Origin: an uncultured Chloroflexia bacterium
GTDB lineage: Bacteria; Chloroflexota; Limnocylindria; Limnocylindrales; CSP1-4
Assembly (NCBI GenBank): GCA_963766735.1
Contig: CAVYBU010000007.1
Span: 192,001 to 256,000 of the forward strand
Reading direction: 5' to 3'
Length of the DNA stretch: 64,000 nt
Below are positions 29,327 through 39,529 of the stretch, piece after piece. Under the pieces are notes generated by a model. The model saw only the letters and a program-made list of their open reading frames with translations. It ran no database searches and was not told the DNA's origin. Each line of letters starts with the position of its first letter. The first letter of the stretch is position 1. A program made the translations under genes and the position numbers.

Positions 29327-32300
29327 CCGGCGGCACCAGCTCCGTCGACGGCCCGGAGGCCGATCCGCGCTTCGCCAGCCTCGAGCTTCACCACGGCCAC
29401 CGTCAGCCCCTCCGGGACCGGGTCACGGCGGATCTCGTCGACCAGGGTGTCCGCGGCAATCGCCCCGAGGTGCGCCTCCACCTCGGGGGCCAGGCCCTCC
29501 ACCCAGAGCACGATCCTGGCGTCGAGGTCCAGCTCAGCATCCTTGCGCAGGTCCTGAACGGCGCGCTGCAGCTCGCGGGCATCGCCCTCGGCACGCAGCT
29601 CCGGAGTCAGGGTCGTGTCGATGACAGCCACAAGGCCGTCGTCGTGGGCCACGGCGGTCCCCGGCCGCGGAATGGCCTGGACCTCCACCTCGTCCGGGGC
29701 CAGGGTCTCGCCGGCCAGGGTCACCGAACCGTCCTCGTTGATCACGAACCGGCCCTCGCGGGCGGCCGCCATCACCTCGGGGATCCGTGCACCAAGGCGC
29801 CGTCCCACGCGCGGCAGCAGCACCTTGACTCCCCGGTCCACGAGCTCCGACTCGTCCCCGATCAGCTCCACGATCTTGACGTTCGCCTCGGCGCGGACCA
29901 GCTCCAGGAGCGCGTCCATCTCGTCCAGCCTGCGACCCGGCAGGGCGAGCCAGAGCCGGCCCAGTGGCTGCCGCATCTTGAGCCCTGCGCTGCCGCGGAG
30001 GGTCCGCGACAGGTCCACCGCCTTGCGAGCGACCGCCATCGCGCCCTCCAGCACTTCGTCGCGGAGCGGAGCAAGCTCGCCGGCCGGCCACGGCGTCAGG
30101 TGCACGCAGTCCGGCGCTTCCGGGTCAACGTCCGCCACGAGATTCCGGTAGATCGAGTCCGACAGGAAGGGCAGGATCGGAGCGACGGTCCGGGCCAGGG
30201 CGACGAGCGCCTGGTGGAGCGTTGCGAAGGCCGAATCCCGGTCCGCGCCGGAGCCGCGCGACATCCGCCGGCGCGACAGGCGCAGGTACCAGGTGGAGAG
30301 ATCATCGATGTACGCGTCGAGCACGCGCGTCGCCGCTTCGGCGTCGTAGTCGCGAAGGAAGCCTTCGACCTGCGCGGACACCCCGGCGGCCCTGGACAGG
30401 ATCCAGCGGTCCAGCGGCGGGCGCTCGGCGACCGGCGGCACTCCCGCCCGTGGCGTCCAGTCCGCCAGGCGGGCGTAGGTAACGAAGAAGGCGTACACGT
30501 TCCACATGACCAGCAGGCCGCGGCGCGCCTCGTCCGCGGCGTGCCAGCCAAACAGGATGTTGTCGTCCGGCCGGGCAGAGGCATACATCCAGCGCATGAC
30601 GTCCACGCCCATCCGTTCGGCAGCCTCGTCGAACTCGATCGCGTTGCCCCAGCTCTTGTGCATGGGGCGCCCGTCCTCGCCGAACAGCGTGGCGTAGCCG
30701 AAGATCGTCCTGAACGGCTCCTCGCGGCGCAGGACCGTGCTCATAGCGAGCATCGCGTAGAACCAGTTGCGGAACTGGCCCGGGAAGCTCTCCGAGACGA
30801 AGTCCACCGGGAACCACTTCGCCCAGTACTCGGGGTCCTCGCGGAAGTGCAGCGTCGAGAACGGCACGATCCCCGCGTCCAGCCACGGGTTCCCCACGTC
30901 CGTGATCCGGGAGACGGGCTCTCCGCAGGACGGGCAGGCAATCTTCACCGCGTCGACGTGGGGCCTGTGCGGCGTGTGGCCCGCGAAGGCATCCCAGCCC
31001 TCGATCGCGCGGGCTGCCAGCTCCTCGCGGCCGCCGACCACGTCGAACGTCCCGCAGGCCGCGCAGTCGTAGATGGGCAGGGCCAGGCCGTAGTAGCGCT
31101 TCTTGGAGATCATCCAGTCGCGCATGTTCAGCAGCCAGTCCAGCTCCCGCTCGTAGCCGAAGCCCGGGATCCACCGGATCCGGTCCACGATCTCCATGAT
31201 CTGGTACCGGAGGCTGGCGTCCACCTCTTCCTTCGTCAGCTGGTCCCGGGGCCGGTCGTAGACCGGGCCCATGCTGATGTACCACTCGTCCACCAGCCGG
31301 AAAAGCAGCGGCGTGCTGCACCGCCAGCAGTGCGGATAGCGGTGGCTGTACGGCTCCAGGTGGTAGAAGAAGTGGCGCTGCTCGAGATCATCGATGATCG
31401 CCTCGGTGACGGCGGGTGCCTCGCGGCCCGCCAGCCAGCCGAAGGCCGGGTAGTAGCGGCCCGCCTCGTCGATCGGGCCGATGACCGGCAGCCCGGCGGC
31501 AGCTGCCAGCTGGAAGTCCTCCGCGCCACAGCCCGGCGCGATGTGCACGATCCCCGTGCCCTCTTCCTCACCGACCTCGGTCCAGGTCACCACCCGGTGT
31601 TCGTACCCGGTCTCCGCGAACGCGTCGCGGACCGCCGGCAGATCGTCGAACGGGCCCGTGTAGCGCCATCCCTCCAGCTCCGACCCGGCGCGCTCCTCCA
31701 CGACCTGGAAGGGACCCTGCAGCGCCTGCCCGAGGGCCCCCTTGCCCAGCCAGAAGTGGTCCTCGCCCTGGCGCACCTTGACGTAGCGCATGTCCGCCCC
31801 GACCGCCGCAGCAACGTTGGCAGTCAGCGTCCAGGGGGTCGTCGTCCAGACCAGGAGTGACTCACCTGGGCGATCCAGCAGCGGGAACCGGACCGTCAGC
31901 CCCGGGTCCTCGCGGTCCTGGTAGCCCTCGTTCATCTCCATCTGGGACAGTCCGGTGCCGCACCGCGGGCACCACGGCATCGTGTCGTGGCCGCGATAGA
32001 CCCAGCCACGGCGGTGGCACTCCGCCAGGAAGCCCCAGATCAGATCGTTGTTCTCGTTGCTGAACGTGAAGTAGCTGCCACCCAGCTCGGGCATGCCCAG
32101 GCGCCCGACGATCATCTCCACCGTGTCGGTGACGGGACCGTCGGGGCCCTCCACCGTGATCACCCGGGTCGGGTCCGCCTTCAGCAGGTCCCGCAGGCGC
32201 AGGAGCTCCTTGGGGTCGTTCCAGTCCATCCAGTAGCCGAGACGGATGCTCTGCTCGGTCTGGCGGGCAGCGAAGGTCAGGACGCGCTGCTTGCACAGGG

Positions 32301-32652
32301 CAACGAACTCCGCGATCCCGAAGCTCTCGATGTCCCGCTTGGACGTGAAGCCCAGGTCCTTCTCCACGTTGACCTCGACCCACAGGCCCTGGCAGTCGAA
32401 GCCGTTCTGGTAGCGCTGGTCCTCGCCAAGCATGGCGTGGAAACGCTGGTAGAGGTCCTTGTAGGTCCTGCCCCAGGCGTGGTGCACGCCCATCGGGTTG
32501 TTCGCGGTGATCGGACCATCGAGGAAGCTCCATCGCGGACCGCCGGCGTTCTGCGCCCGGAGGCGGGCGAACGTGCGGCGTTCATCCCACTCGCGGAGCA
32601 GGGCGTGCTCCTGGGCGACGAAGTCAGGTCGGGCGGAAACGGGCTGGAACAT
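29323..32652 (-). CDS. ileS: Isoleucine--tRNA ligase, type 2
   Basis: DGPITAN.MGVHH, WTTTPWTL, GTGIVH, DWMISKKRYYG, PMHKS; type-2-like C-terminal EGDARE segment. Confidence 0.97.
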   Translation of the reverse strand: MFQPVSARPDFVAQEHALLREWDERRTFARLRAQNAGGPRWSFLDGPITANNPMGVHHAWGRTYKDLYQRFHAMLGEDQRYQNGFDCQGLWVEVNVEKDLGFTSKRDIESFGIAEFVALCKQRVLTFAARQTEQSIRLGYWMDWNDPKELLRLRDLLKADPTRVITVEGPDGPVTDTVEMIVGRLGMPELGGSYFTFSNENNDLIWGFLAECHRRGWVYRGHDTMPWCPRCGTGLSQMEMNEGYQDREDPGLTVRFPLLDRPGESLLVWTTTPWTLTANVAAAVGADMRYVKVRQGEDHFWLGKGALGQALQGPFQVVEERAGSELEGWRYTGPFDDLPAVRDAFAETGYEHRVVTWTEVGEEEGTGIVHIAPGCGAEDFQLAAAAGLPVIGPIDEAGRYYPAFGWLAGREAPAVTEAIIDDLEQRHFFYHLEPYSHRYPHCWRCSTPLLFRLVDEWYISMGPVYDRPRDQLTKEEVDASLRYQIMEIVDRIRWIPGFGYERELDWLLNMRDWMISKKRYYGLALPIYDCAACGTFDVVGGREELAARAIEGWDAFAGHTPHRPHVDAVKIACPSCGEPVSRITDVGNPWLDAGIVPFSTLHFREDPEYWAKWFPVDFVSESFPGQFRNWFYAMLAMSTVLRREEPFRTIFGYATLFGEDGRPMHKSWGNAIEFDEAAERMGVDVMRWMYASARPDDNILFGWHAADEARRGLLVMWNVYAFFVTYARLADWTPRAGVPPVAERPPLDRWILSRAAGVSAQVEGFLRDYDAEAATRVLDAYIDDLSTWYLRLSRRRMSRGSGADRDSAFATLHQALVALARTVAPILPFLSDSIYRNLVADVDPEAPDCVHLTPWPAGELAPLRDEVLEGAMAVARKAVDLSRTLRGSAGLKMRQPLGRLWLALPGRRLDEMDALLELVRAEANVKIVELIGDESELVDRGVKVLLPRVGRRLGARIPEVMAAAREGRFVINEDGSVTLAGETLAPDEVEVQAIPRPGTAVAHDDGLVAVIDTTLTPELRAEGDARELQRAVQDLRKDAELDLDARIVLWVEGLAPEVEAHLGAIAADTLVDEIRRDPVPEGLTVAVVKLEAGEARIGLRAVDGAGAAG

Positions 32653-32856
32653 CGGGCCTCGGTGGATCGCCGAACGCGTGAGTGGGCGCGGCGGGCCACC
32701 AGTCTACGGAACGGCGGGCCGTCGCGCGTCCGGAGACCCGCTCCGAGGGCGCAACGGGCACGCTGGTACGCGCATCGGGCCGGTTGAGGCACCGCGAGGG
32801 CCCCGGCGCGGACCCGCGCGGACCCGGAATCCGACCTCCGCATATCATTCCCGGCG

Positions 32857-34683
32857 ATGTCGACATCCCAGCAGGCCCCCCGCACGCGCTCCGCGTTCGC
32901 CGCGGCCTTCCTGTCCCTCATCTTCCCTGGCCTCGGCCACGCCTACGCGGGCGCGTACGGGCGTGCCCTGGCGTTCGCTGCCGCGCCGCTCCTCTCGCTC
33001 GCGCTGCTGGGTGGGATCGTCCTGCGCGCGGACAAGGTGGACATCCTCGCGTTCGTGATCCAGCAGCCCGTCCTGATCGGCCTGCTCGTCCTCAACGTGA
33101 TCGCGCTCGCCTACCGGATCGTCGCGGCGGTCGACGCGTGGCAGGTCGCCCGCTTCCTGAACGCAATCGATGCGTCCGGCGGTGGGCGTCTCGGGCGCGC
33201 TCGCCTGCCGCTCAGCCCGCTGTCGCTCGCCGGGCTCCTGGCCGTTCTGCTCGTCATGGCCGGCGGTCACTTCGCGGTGGCGCGCTACAACACCCTCGCC
33301 CTCAACCTCGTGGACTGCGTCTTCTCGGAGGAGGGTGACCCCAGCTGCGAAACCGCCGACGCGTCGCCGGATCCGGGCGCCTCCCTCGACCCTGCGGGCT
33401 CAGGAGCCGCGACGTCCGAGCCGGACTCGACCTCCGAGGTGCTGCCCACGCCCGAGGGCACTCCCGGCACCGGCACCCCCGCCCCCACCCTGCCGCCCTG
33501 GGACGGGAAGGAGCGGCTCAACGTCCTTCTCGTCGGCAGCGATCAGCGCAAGGGTGACGCCACCTTCAACACGGACACGATGATCGTGGTGTCCATCGAC
33601 CCCGCGACCGGCCAGGTCGCGATGCTCCAGGTCCCGCGCGACATGGTGGACGTGCCCGTGCCCGCCAACGCCCGGGGCCTCTGGGGCAACGTCTACCGAG
33701 GCAAGATCAACAGCTGGTTCACGCAGAACCGGAACCGGACCGACCTGTGGCCAGGCAAGACGGCTCAGGCGCGCGGGTTCGCGTCGCTCAAGGCGATCCT
33801 GGGCGAGCTCTACGGGCTGGACATCCGCTACTACGTGATGGTGAACTTCGGTGGCTTCAAGGACGTCGTCGACACGCTGGGCGGCGTGCTCGTCAACGTG
33901 CAGATGCCCGTCGCCGAGAGCACCTACCCGATGGGCTCGGGAACTTCCGGGCGGATCTACATCCCCGCCGGCCCCCAGCACATGACCGGGGCCCAGGCGC
34001 TGATCTACGCCCGGTCACGCCACCGATCCACCGATTTCGATCGAGGCCGCCGCCAGCAGAGGGTCCTCATCTCGCTGCGGGACCAGATGAGCGCCCAGGC
34101 GATCATCGCGAACCTGCCGGGACTGGTGGACGCGCTCAAGGGCTCCGTGAAGACCGACGTCAAGACGTCCGACCTGCCCAAGCTGCTCGCCCTGGCCGAG
34201 AGCGTGGACACCAAGAACATCCGCTCGTACGTGTTCGCGCCGAGCCTCTACGCCACCGAGTACCTGACCTCGCCACGCGGCTACATGATCACTCCCAACG
34301 TCCCGCGCATCCGCAAGGCAGTCAAGGAGGCGTTCAGCGTGACCCCGGCGGTGCTCGCCCAGCGGGAACGCCTTGGTGCCGAGACCGCCCGCGCATGGGT
34401 CATCAACGGGTCGGGCCGCAACGGCCTGGCCGCTGACGCAGCCGGCTACTTCGCCTACAACGGCCTGGAGGCGTCGGCCCCGAACAAGCGCACGGATGTG
34501 ATCCCCAAGACAACGGTCGTCGTCTACAACGGCGCCGAGACCGAGATGCCCGAGACGATCGCGTACCTCGAGGAGGTGCTCGGACTCACGGTGACCACGG
34601 CGACCGACCCGGCGGTGACGGTGGACATGATCATCACGCTCGGCAAGGATGCACCGTCGCTCAAGGCACCGGTCATCGGCTGA
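32857..34683 (+). CDS. LCP (LytR-CpsA-Psr) family protein with N-terminal TM segments and LytR_C-like domain
   Basis: NVLLVGSD, NTDTMIV, VPRD, ALIYARSR, DFDRGRRQQ; C-terminal VINGSGRNGLA. Confidence 0.93.
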   Translation: MSTSQQAPRTRSAFAAAFLSLIFPGLGHAYAGAYGRALAFAAAPLLSLALLGGIVLRADKVDILAFVIQQPVLIGLLVLNVIALAYRIVAAVDAWQVARFLNAIDASGGGRLGRARLPLSPLSLAGLLAVLLVMAGGHFAVARYNTLALNLVDCVFSEEGDPSCETADASPDPGASLDPAGSGAATSEPDSTSEVLPTPEGTPGTGTPAPTLPPWDGKERLNVLLVGSDQRKGDATFNTDTMIVVSIDPATGQVAMLQVPRDMVDVPVPANARGLWGNVYRGKINSWFTQNRNRTDLWPGKTAQARGFASLKAILGELYGLDIRYYVMVNFGGFKDVVDTLGGVLVNVQMPVAESTYPMGSGTSGRIYIPAGPQHMTGAQALIYARSRHRSTDFDRGRRQQRVLISLRDQMSAQAIIANLPGLVDALKGSVKTDVKTSDLPKLLALAESVDTKNIRSYVFAPSLYATEYLTSPRGYMITPNVPRIRKAVKEAFSVTPAVLAQRERLGAETARAWVINGSGRNGLAADAAGYFAYNGLEASAPNKRTDVIPKTTVVVYNGAETEMPETIAYLEEVLGLTVTTATDPAVTVDMIITLGKDAPSLKAPVIG

Positions 34684-34720
34684 CGGACCGCGGGCGCCCG
34701 GCCAGCGGCGGACCGCCGCG

Positions 34721-35701
34721 CTACCCCTCGACGGGCGTCAGCCACTCCCGGTACTCGGGCAGGTTCCCGCGCACGGCAGCGAAGTAGCGCTCGCTGATCG
34801 CACGCGACACGGGGCCGAACGCGCCGGTCCCCACGGCGCGATGGTCCACCTCGATCACTGGGCTCACCTGGACGCCGGTCCCGCACAGGAAGGCCTCGTC
34901 GCAGACGTAGAGCTCTGAGCGGTCGATGGACCGGACCTCGACGGACATCCCGGAATCAGTTGCCAGCCGCATGATCGCGCGCCGGGTGACGCCCTCGAGG
35001 ATGTCATCCGACACGGGCGGGGTCAGCAGCACGCCGTCGCGCACGACGAACAGGTTCGCCGCGGAAGCCTCCGAGGCGTGGCCGTCCGGCGTCAGCACCA
35101 GGGCCTCATCAAAGCCGTTGAGCTCCGCCTCCGACTTCTGGAACGCCATGTTGACGTAGCCGCCGACGATCTTGCCGCGGGCAGGCAGAGCCTCGTCCGC
35201 GTTCCGGCGCCACGTGCTGGTCATGAGCCGCACGCCCTTCTCGATGTCGATGTAGTTGCCGAAAGGCGTGGTGATCACGTACAGCTCGTGATCGAGGTGG
35301 TGCAGCCGGACGCCGATCGACTTGCTGCTCTTGTAGAACGACGGCCGGACGTAGACGTCCTCCCGGAACTGGTTGCGGCGGATCGTCTCCAGGATGATCC
35401 CCACCAGCTCGTCCGTGGACGGGAGGCCGTCCATCAGCAGCATCTTCGCGCTGTTGCGGATGCGCTCGGCATGCTCCCGCACGAACAGGGCGTAGAGGAT
35501 CCCCTGCTCGGCGTTCCAGTAGCCGCGGATGCCCTCGAAGGTCGCGGTCCCGTACATGAACGCGTGGGTCATGATGCTGACCTTCGCGTCCCGGAGCGGG
35601 ACGTAGTCGCCCTCGAAATAGGCGATCAGGTCCTCGATCGCGCGTGGCTGGGCGGGCGCCGTCTCGGGCGCCGCGGAGGCGGACGGCTGCTTCGTCAGCA
35701 T
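34721..35701 (-). CDS. ilvE: Branched-chain amino acid aminotransferase
   Basis: HAFMYGTATFEGIR, EASAANLF, ILEGVTR, DEAFLCGT. Confidence 0.93.
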   Translation of the reverse strand: MLTKQPSASAAPETAPAQPRAIEDLIAYFEGDYVPLRDAKVSIMTHAFMYGTATFEGIRGYWNAEQGILYALFVREHAERIRNSAKMLLMDGLPSTDELVGIILETIRRNQFREDVYVRPSFYKSSKSIGVRLHHLDHELYVITTPFGNYIDIEKGVRLMTSTWRRNADEALPARGKIVGGYVNMAFQKSEAELNGFDEALVLTPDGHASEASAANLFVVRDGVLLTPPVSDDILEGVTRRAIMRLATDSGMSVEVRSIDRSELYVCDEAFLCGTGVQVSPVIEVDHRAVGTGAFGPVSRAISERYFAAVRGNLPEYREWLTPVEG

Positions 35702-35846
35702 CGGATCGGCTCCAGGTCGCGTGCGGCGGACAGCCGCGGGGTGCCTCGATTACGGGCCTTGAGTCTAGCATGCGGCCCATCCGTCACGGCGCCCGGGGCT
35801 CGTTGGGGCGGCCCCGCGGACGGGCGTGTCATCGACCTGGGGGCGG

Positions 35847-36911
35847 TCAGCCGGACGGCAGGACACCCGCCAGCGCGAGGCCGACGAGCACCAGGTAGAG
35901 CACGTACAGGGCGCCGCCGACAAGCAGGGACCGGCCGTCGAGACGACCCCGGCGCGCCATCGGGATGAACACCGCGGCGACCGCCAGGAACGCGATCGCG
36001 GCGGACATGAACGCGATAAGCGAGTCCTCCGTCACCCGCCAGCTGTCCGCGGCAAACAGGAGCGCGACGACCGTCGGGATCGCCGACTGGAAGACCATGG
36101 CGCCCGTGATGTTGCCCATCGCCAGGGTGTCCTTGCCCTGCCGGACCCAGATCAGCGAGTTGAACTTCTCCGGGAGCTCCGTCGCGATGGGTGCGATGAC
36201 CAGTGCGAGGAGGATCTCGCTGACGCCGAGTGCTGACGCGAGGCTGTCGACGGAGCCGACGAACAGGAAGGCGCCGCCGACGATGCAGGCAAGGGCGGCG
36301 ATCACCTGCAGGCTCACGATGCGGAGCCGTGGCACGGCGGGGTTGGTGCGCCGGCCAGGCCGGTCCAGGCGCCGGAACCGGAGCGGGGCCAGGTCGTCGG
36401 CATCGACCTCGGCATCGGCCTCGAAATGGCCCTTGACGTACCAGACGTAGATCCCGAGCAGCGCAACGGCGACGACGGTCTTGACCCAGCCCAGCTCGGG
36501 CGGCAGGAATGCCGCGCCGATCGCCAGCCCGTAGGCAAGCACGAAGTAGCGGATGTCATGGACCAGCACGACGGTGTCCACGACCATGCGCGTGCCGGTC
36601 GCCCGTCGGCGACGCCAGGCGATGACGCCCGCCCCGGTGACAAACATCGCGAGGGTCGAGAGCATGAACGGCGCGCCCAGGATGGCCCCGATGCCCACGG
36701 CCTCGGCGCTGTGGGAATCGCTGCTCGAGAACAGGATCGCGATGATCGGAATCATCGTCTCCGGGAGGGCCGTGCCCACGGCGGCGAGCACGGAGCCGAC
36801 GGCGCCCTCGGCGAGCTCGAGCTTGCGCCCGAACCACTCGATGCCGTTCGTGAACAGCTCGGCGCCGAGCAGGATGACCACAAACGCGATCGCGAGGACG
36901 AGCAGGTCCAC
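35847..36911 (-). CDS. Sodium:calcium antiporter (CaCA superfamily)
   Basis: Two alpha-repeats (VGTALPE, IATELPE), GNITGA, about 10 TM segments. Confidence 0.9.
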   Translation of the reverse strand: MDLLVLAIAFVVILLGAELFTNGIEWFGRKLELAEGAVGSVLAAVGTALPETMIPIIAILFSSSDSHSAEAVGIGAILGAPFMLSTLAMFVTGAGVIAWRRRRATGTRMVVDTVVLVHDIRYFVLAYGLAIGAAFLPPELGWVKTVVAVALLGIYVWYVKGHFEADAEVDADDLAPLRFRRLDRPGRRTNPAVPRLRIVSLQVIAALACIVGGAFLFVGSVDSLASALGVSEILLALVIAPIATELPEKFNSLIWVRQGKDTLAMGNITGAMVFQSAIPTVVALLFAADSWRVTEDSLIAFMSAAIAFLAVAAVFIPMARRGRLDGRSLLVGGALYVLYLVLVGLALAGVLPSG

Positions 36912-36917
36912 CGGTGG

Positions 36918-37295
36918 CTACCCCGCGAAGCCGAGTGCGACGACGACGGACAGGGCGATGACGCCCAGGATGCCCAGGGCCACGAGGGCCAGTGCCCGGT
37001 CTCCACGCACCGCGAAGGTGATGAACTCGCCGACGACGCGGGCGATGGGCGTCACGATCAGGATGACGATGCCAACCCACAGGAAGCCCTCCGGGCGGAA
37101 GGCCGCGAGGTCGGCGACGAGGGTGCCCGGATTGAACGCAGGAAACGTCCCGGACTCCGGGCTGATGCCGTTGACCGCCATCAGCACCACGCCGATCGCC
37201 AGGAAGGCGACCCCCGTGGCCGCGCCACCCAGCAGGAGCCGGGCGATCACGTGCTCCACGTCCGCGGAGGCCGCGCGTTGCTCGTGGATGGTCAT
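36918..37295 (-). CDS. DUF1634 family membrane protein
   Basis: 3 TM segments, GIVILIVTPIARV motif; adjacent to TauE. Confidence 0.85.
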   Translation of the reverse strand: MTIHEQRAASADVEHVIARLLLGGAATGVAFLAIGVVLMAVNGISPESGTFPAFNPGTLVADLAAFRPEGFLWVGIVILIVTPIARVVGEFITFAVRGDRALALVALGILGVIALSVVVALGFAG

Positions 37296-37297
37296 CG

Positions 37298-38173
37298 TCA
37301 GATGCCCAGGGCCCGGCGCGCCATCTGGAACGCGGTCCAGGTCAGCACGACGACGAACAGGAGGCGGAGAACCCGCACGTCGACCCGATGTGCGACGCGG
37401 GCGCCGACGCTTGCGCCGACGAAGACCCCGATGGCCGTCGGCCCGGCGAGGTATGGGTCCAGGCCGCCGCGGAGCAGGTAGATGATCGCGGAGGCGACGG
37501 CCGTCACCCCGATCATGAGGTTGCTGGTCGCTGTTGCCACGCGCAGCGGCACACCCATCATGAGGTTCATCGTGGGGACGTTGATGATGCCGCCCCCGAC
37601 GCCGAGGAGCGCGGCGATCACCCCGGCTCCCAGCGATGCGAACGAGGCGGGCACGAGCCGCCGGACGTGGTATCCCACCCCATCGAGACGGCCCGCGGGC
37701 TCAGGCCCCGGATCGGCGGCGCCCGGACCGGCGGCGGCGCCCGGACCGGCGGCGAGGTCCCCACCGGTCACGCCAACCGGGTCGGCCCCGTCCGTCGGCG
37801 CACGGGAGGCCTTCAGGCCCGAGCGGCCCATCGACAGGGCCACGTACGCCAGCAGCAGCGCAAACAGGCCGGCGAGGTATCGCTCGGGGATCACGAATGC
37901 CAGGAGCCCTCCGACGAGTGCCCCGGTCGTCGTGAACAGGGCGAGGACCGTGCCCAGCCGCAGGTTGGCAACCCGGCCCTTCAGATACGCGCCCGCGGCC
38001 GCGCTGGACGTGACGATCACGCACACCAGCGAGACCGCCACCGCTTCACGGATCGGACGCCCGAACCCCAGTGTCAACAGCGGCACGATGAGGATGCCGC
38101 CGCCCAGTCCCAGGAGCGACCCGAAGACACCCGCCGCGACACCGCCGACGACCAGGACGAGACCCACGATCAC
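37298..38173 (-). CDS. Sulfite exporter TauE/SafE family protein
   Basis: GSLLGLGGG and ALLGVGGG repeats, ATATSNLMIG. Confidence 0.92.
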   Translation of the reverse strand: MIVGLVLVVGGVAAGVFGSLLGLGGGILIVPLLTLGFGRPIREAVAVSLVCVIVTSSAAAGAYLKGRVANLRLGTVLALFTTTGALVGGLLAFVIPERYLAGLFALLLAYVALSMGRSGLKASRAPTDGADPVGVTGGDLAAGPGAAAGPGAADPGPEPAGRLDGVGYHVRRLVPASFASLGAGVIAALLGVGGGIINVPTMNLMMGVPLRVATATSNLMIGVTAVASAIIYLLRGGLDPYLAGPTAIGVFVGASVGARVAHRVDVRVLRLLFVVVLTWTAFQMARRALGI

Positions 38174-38233
38174 CGGAGCGGCACCGGATGCGGGGCTGTT
38201 CCGCGATGGCCGGCGACGCGACGCGTCACTGCG

Positions 38234-38497
38234 TCAGGGGCGAAGGTGCTGGGGAGCGTACGGGAGCAGGGCGACGTGTCGGGCGCGCTTGAGCGCGACC
38301 GACAGCTCGCGCTGGTGCGCGGCGCAGGTCCCGGTCTTCCGGCGCGGCTCGATCTTGGCGCGCTCGGACAGGTACCGGCGGAGGCGGTTGACCTCCTTGT
38401 AGTCGATGATGGCCGTCTTGTCGGCGCAGAAGGAACAGACCTTCCGGCGCCGGCGATCGCGGTACATGTCGTCGCGCTTCTTCATCCTGGGGGGCAT
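38234..38497 (-). CDS. rpsR: 30S ribosomal protein S18 (Zn-binding form)
   Basis: [32 protein letters not shown]. Confidence 0.98.
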   Translation of the reverse strand: MPPRMKKRDDMYRDRRRRKVCSFCADKTAIIDYKEVNRLRRYLSERAKIEPRRKTGTCAAHQRELSVALKRARHVALLPYAPQHLRP

Positions 38498-38562
38498 GGC
38501 TCAGGTCTCCTGGGTGGTGGCGGGACGTGCCCGCCGGGGCGGCCGTCGGCCGCGGGAGGGTC

Positions 38563-39051
38563 TCAGAACGGGAGGTCGTCGAGGTCGTCGTCGCGAGGGG
38601 CCGCTGGACGGGTTGGGCGCACATTCTCGCCGCCGGCCGGGGAGTCGCCACCGCCGGGGCCGGCGCCGGAGAACCCACCAGACGGGGCGGAGAATGAACC
38701 GCCGCCCTCCTCGTCGCGGACACGCGCCTCGAGACTGATGACGTTGTCGGCGGTGATCTCGAGGGAGGTCCGCTTCTGCCCGTCACGGGCCTCGTACTCG
38801 CGGGTCCGGAATCGACCCTCCACGAACACCTTGTTGCCCTTGCGGAACTGTTCCGCCGTCCGCTCGGCGCGATCGCCCCAGACGGTGACGCGGAACCAGT
38901 CAGTCGCTTCGATCCACTCGCCGGTCTGCTGGTTCTTCGTGCTCTGGTTGACCGCCACGCTGAACTCCGTCACCGGACGGCCGCTCGGCGTGTAGCGCAT
39001 CTCGGGATCACGCCCGAGGTTGCCGATGATCATGGCCTTCGAGAACGCCAT
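38563..39051 (-). CDS. ssb: Single-stranded DNA-binding protein
   Basis: IGNLGRDPEMRYTPSG, VFVEGR, C-terminal DDLPF. Confidence 0.98.
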   Translation of the reverse strand: MAFSKAMIIGNLGRDPEMRYTPSGRPVTEFSVAVNQSTKNQQTGEWIEATDWFRVTVWGDRAERTAEQFRKGNKVFVEGRFRTREYEARDGQKRTSLEITADNVISLEARVRDEEGGGSFSAPSGGFSGAGPGGGDSPAGGENVRPTRPAAPRDDDLDDLPF

Positions 39052-39067
39052 CTCCGGCTCTCCTCGC

Positions 39068-39529
39068 TCAGTCGATGGCCGCGGGGGCGGCTTCGCTTTC
39101 GGACTCGTCGATGCGCTCGACGGCCTCCTCGTCCTCCTCGTCCTCCTCAGACGGGGTGGCCGGGACCTCCGCGTCGGCATCCTCGGCATCTTCGGCATCC
39201 GTGGCATCGCCGGCGGCCGCGGAATCGCGGCGAACCTTCACGGGCTTGATCGCCCGCGTGACGAGGTACCGGAGCACATCCTCGGTGATCTGGAGGCTTC
39301 GCTCGAGCTCGGCGATGGCCTCGGCCGGGGCCTCGAAGACCACGATGTGGTACGAGCCATCCCGGTGGCGGTCGATGGGATACGCGAGGCGCCGACGGCC
39401 CCAGGGCGCGACCTTGACGATCTGCCCGCCCGAGGCGACGACATGACGCGTGGTGCGGTCGATGACCGCGGCGGCCCGCTCATCCGGCGCATCCGGCCGG
39501 AGGACGAGCATGAGTTCATAGCGGCGCAT
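39068..39529 (-). CDS. rpsF: 30S ribosomal protein S6 with acidic C-terminal tail
   Basis: MRRYELMLVLRP, WGRRRLAYPI, VLRYL. Confidence 0.98.
   Translation of the reverse strand: MRRYELMLVLRPDAPDERAAAVIDRTTRHVVASGGQIVKVAPWGRRRLAYPIDRHRDGSYHIVVFEAPAEAIAELERSLQITEDVLRYLVTRAIKPVKVRRDSAAAGDATDAEDAEDADAEVPATPSEEDEEDEEAVERIDESESEAAPAAID

Noticed and set aside
32653-32856. T-box riboswitch upstream of ileS
   Set aside because: TGGTGGCCCGCCGCG only loosely resembles the T-box. A TAGACT -10 at 32701-32706 leaves a leader of about 40 nt, too short for stem I.
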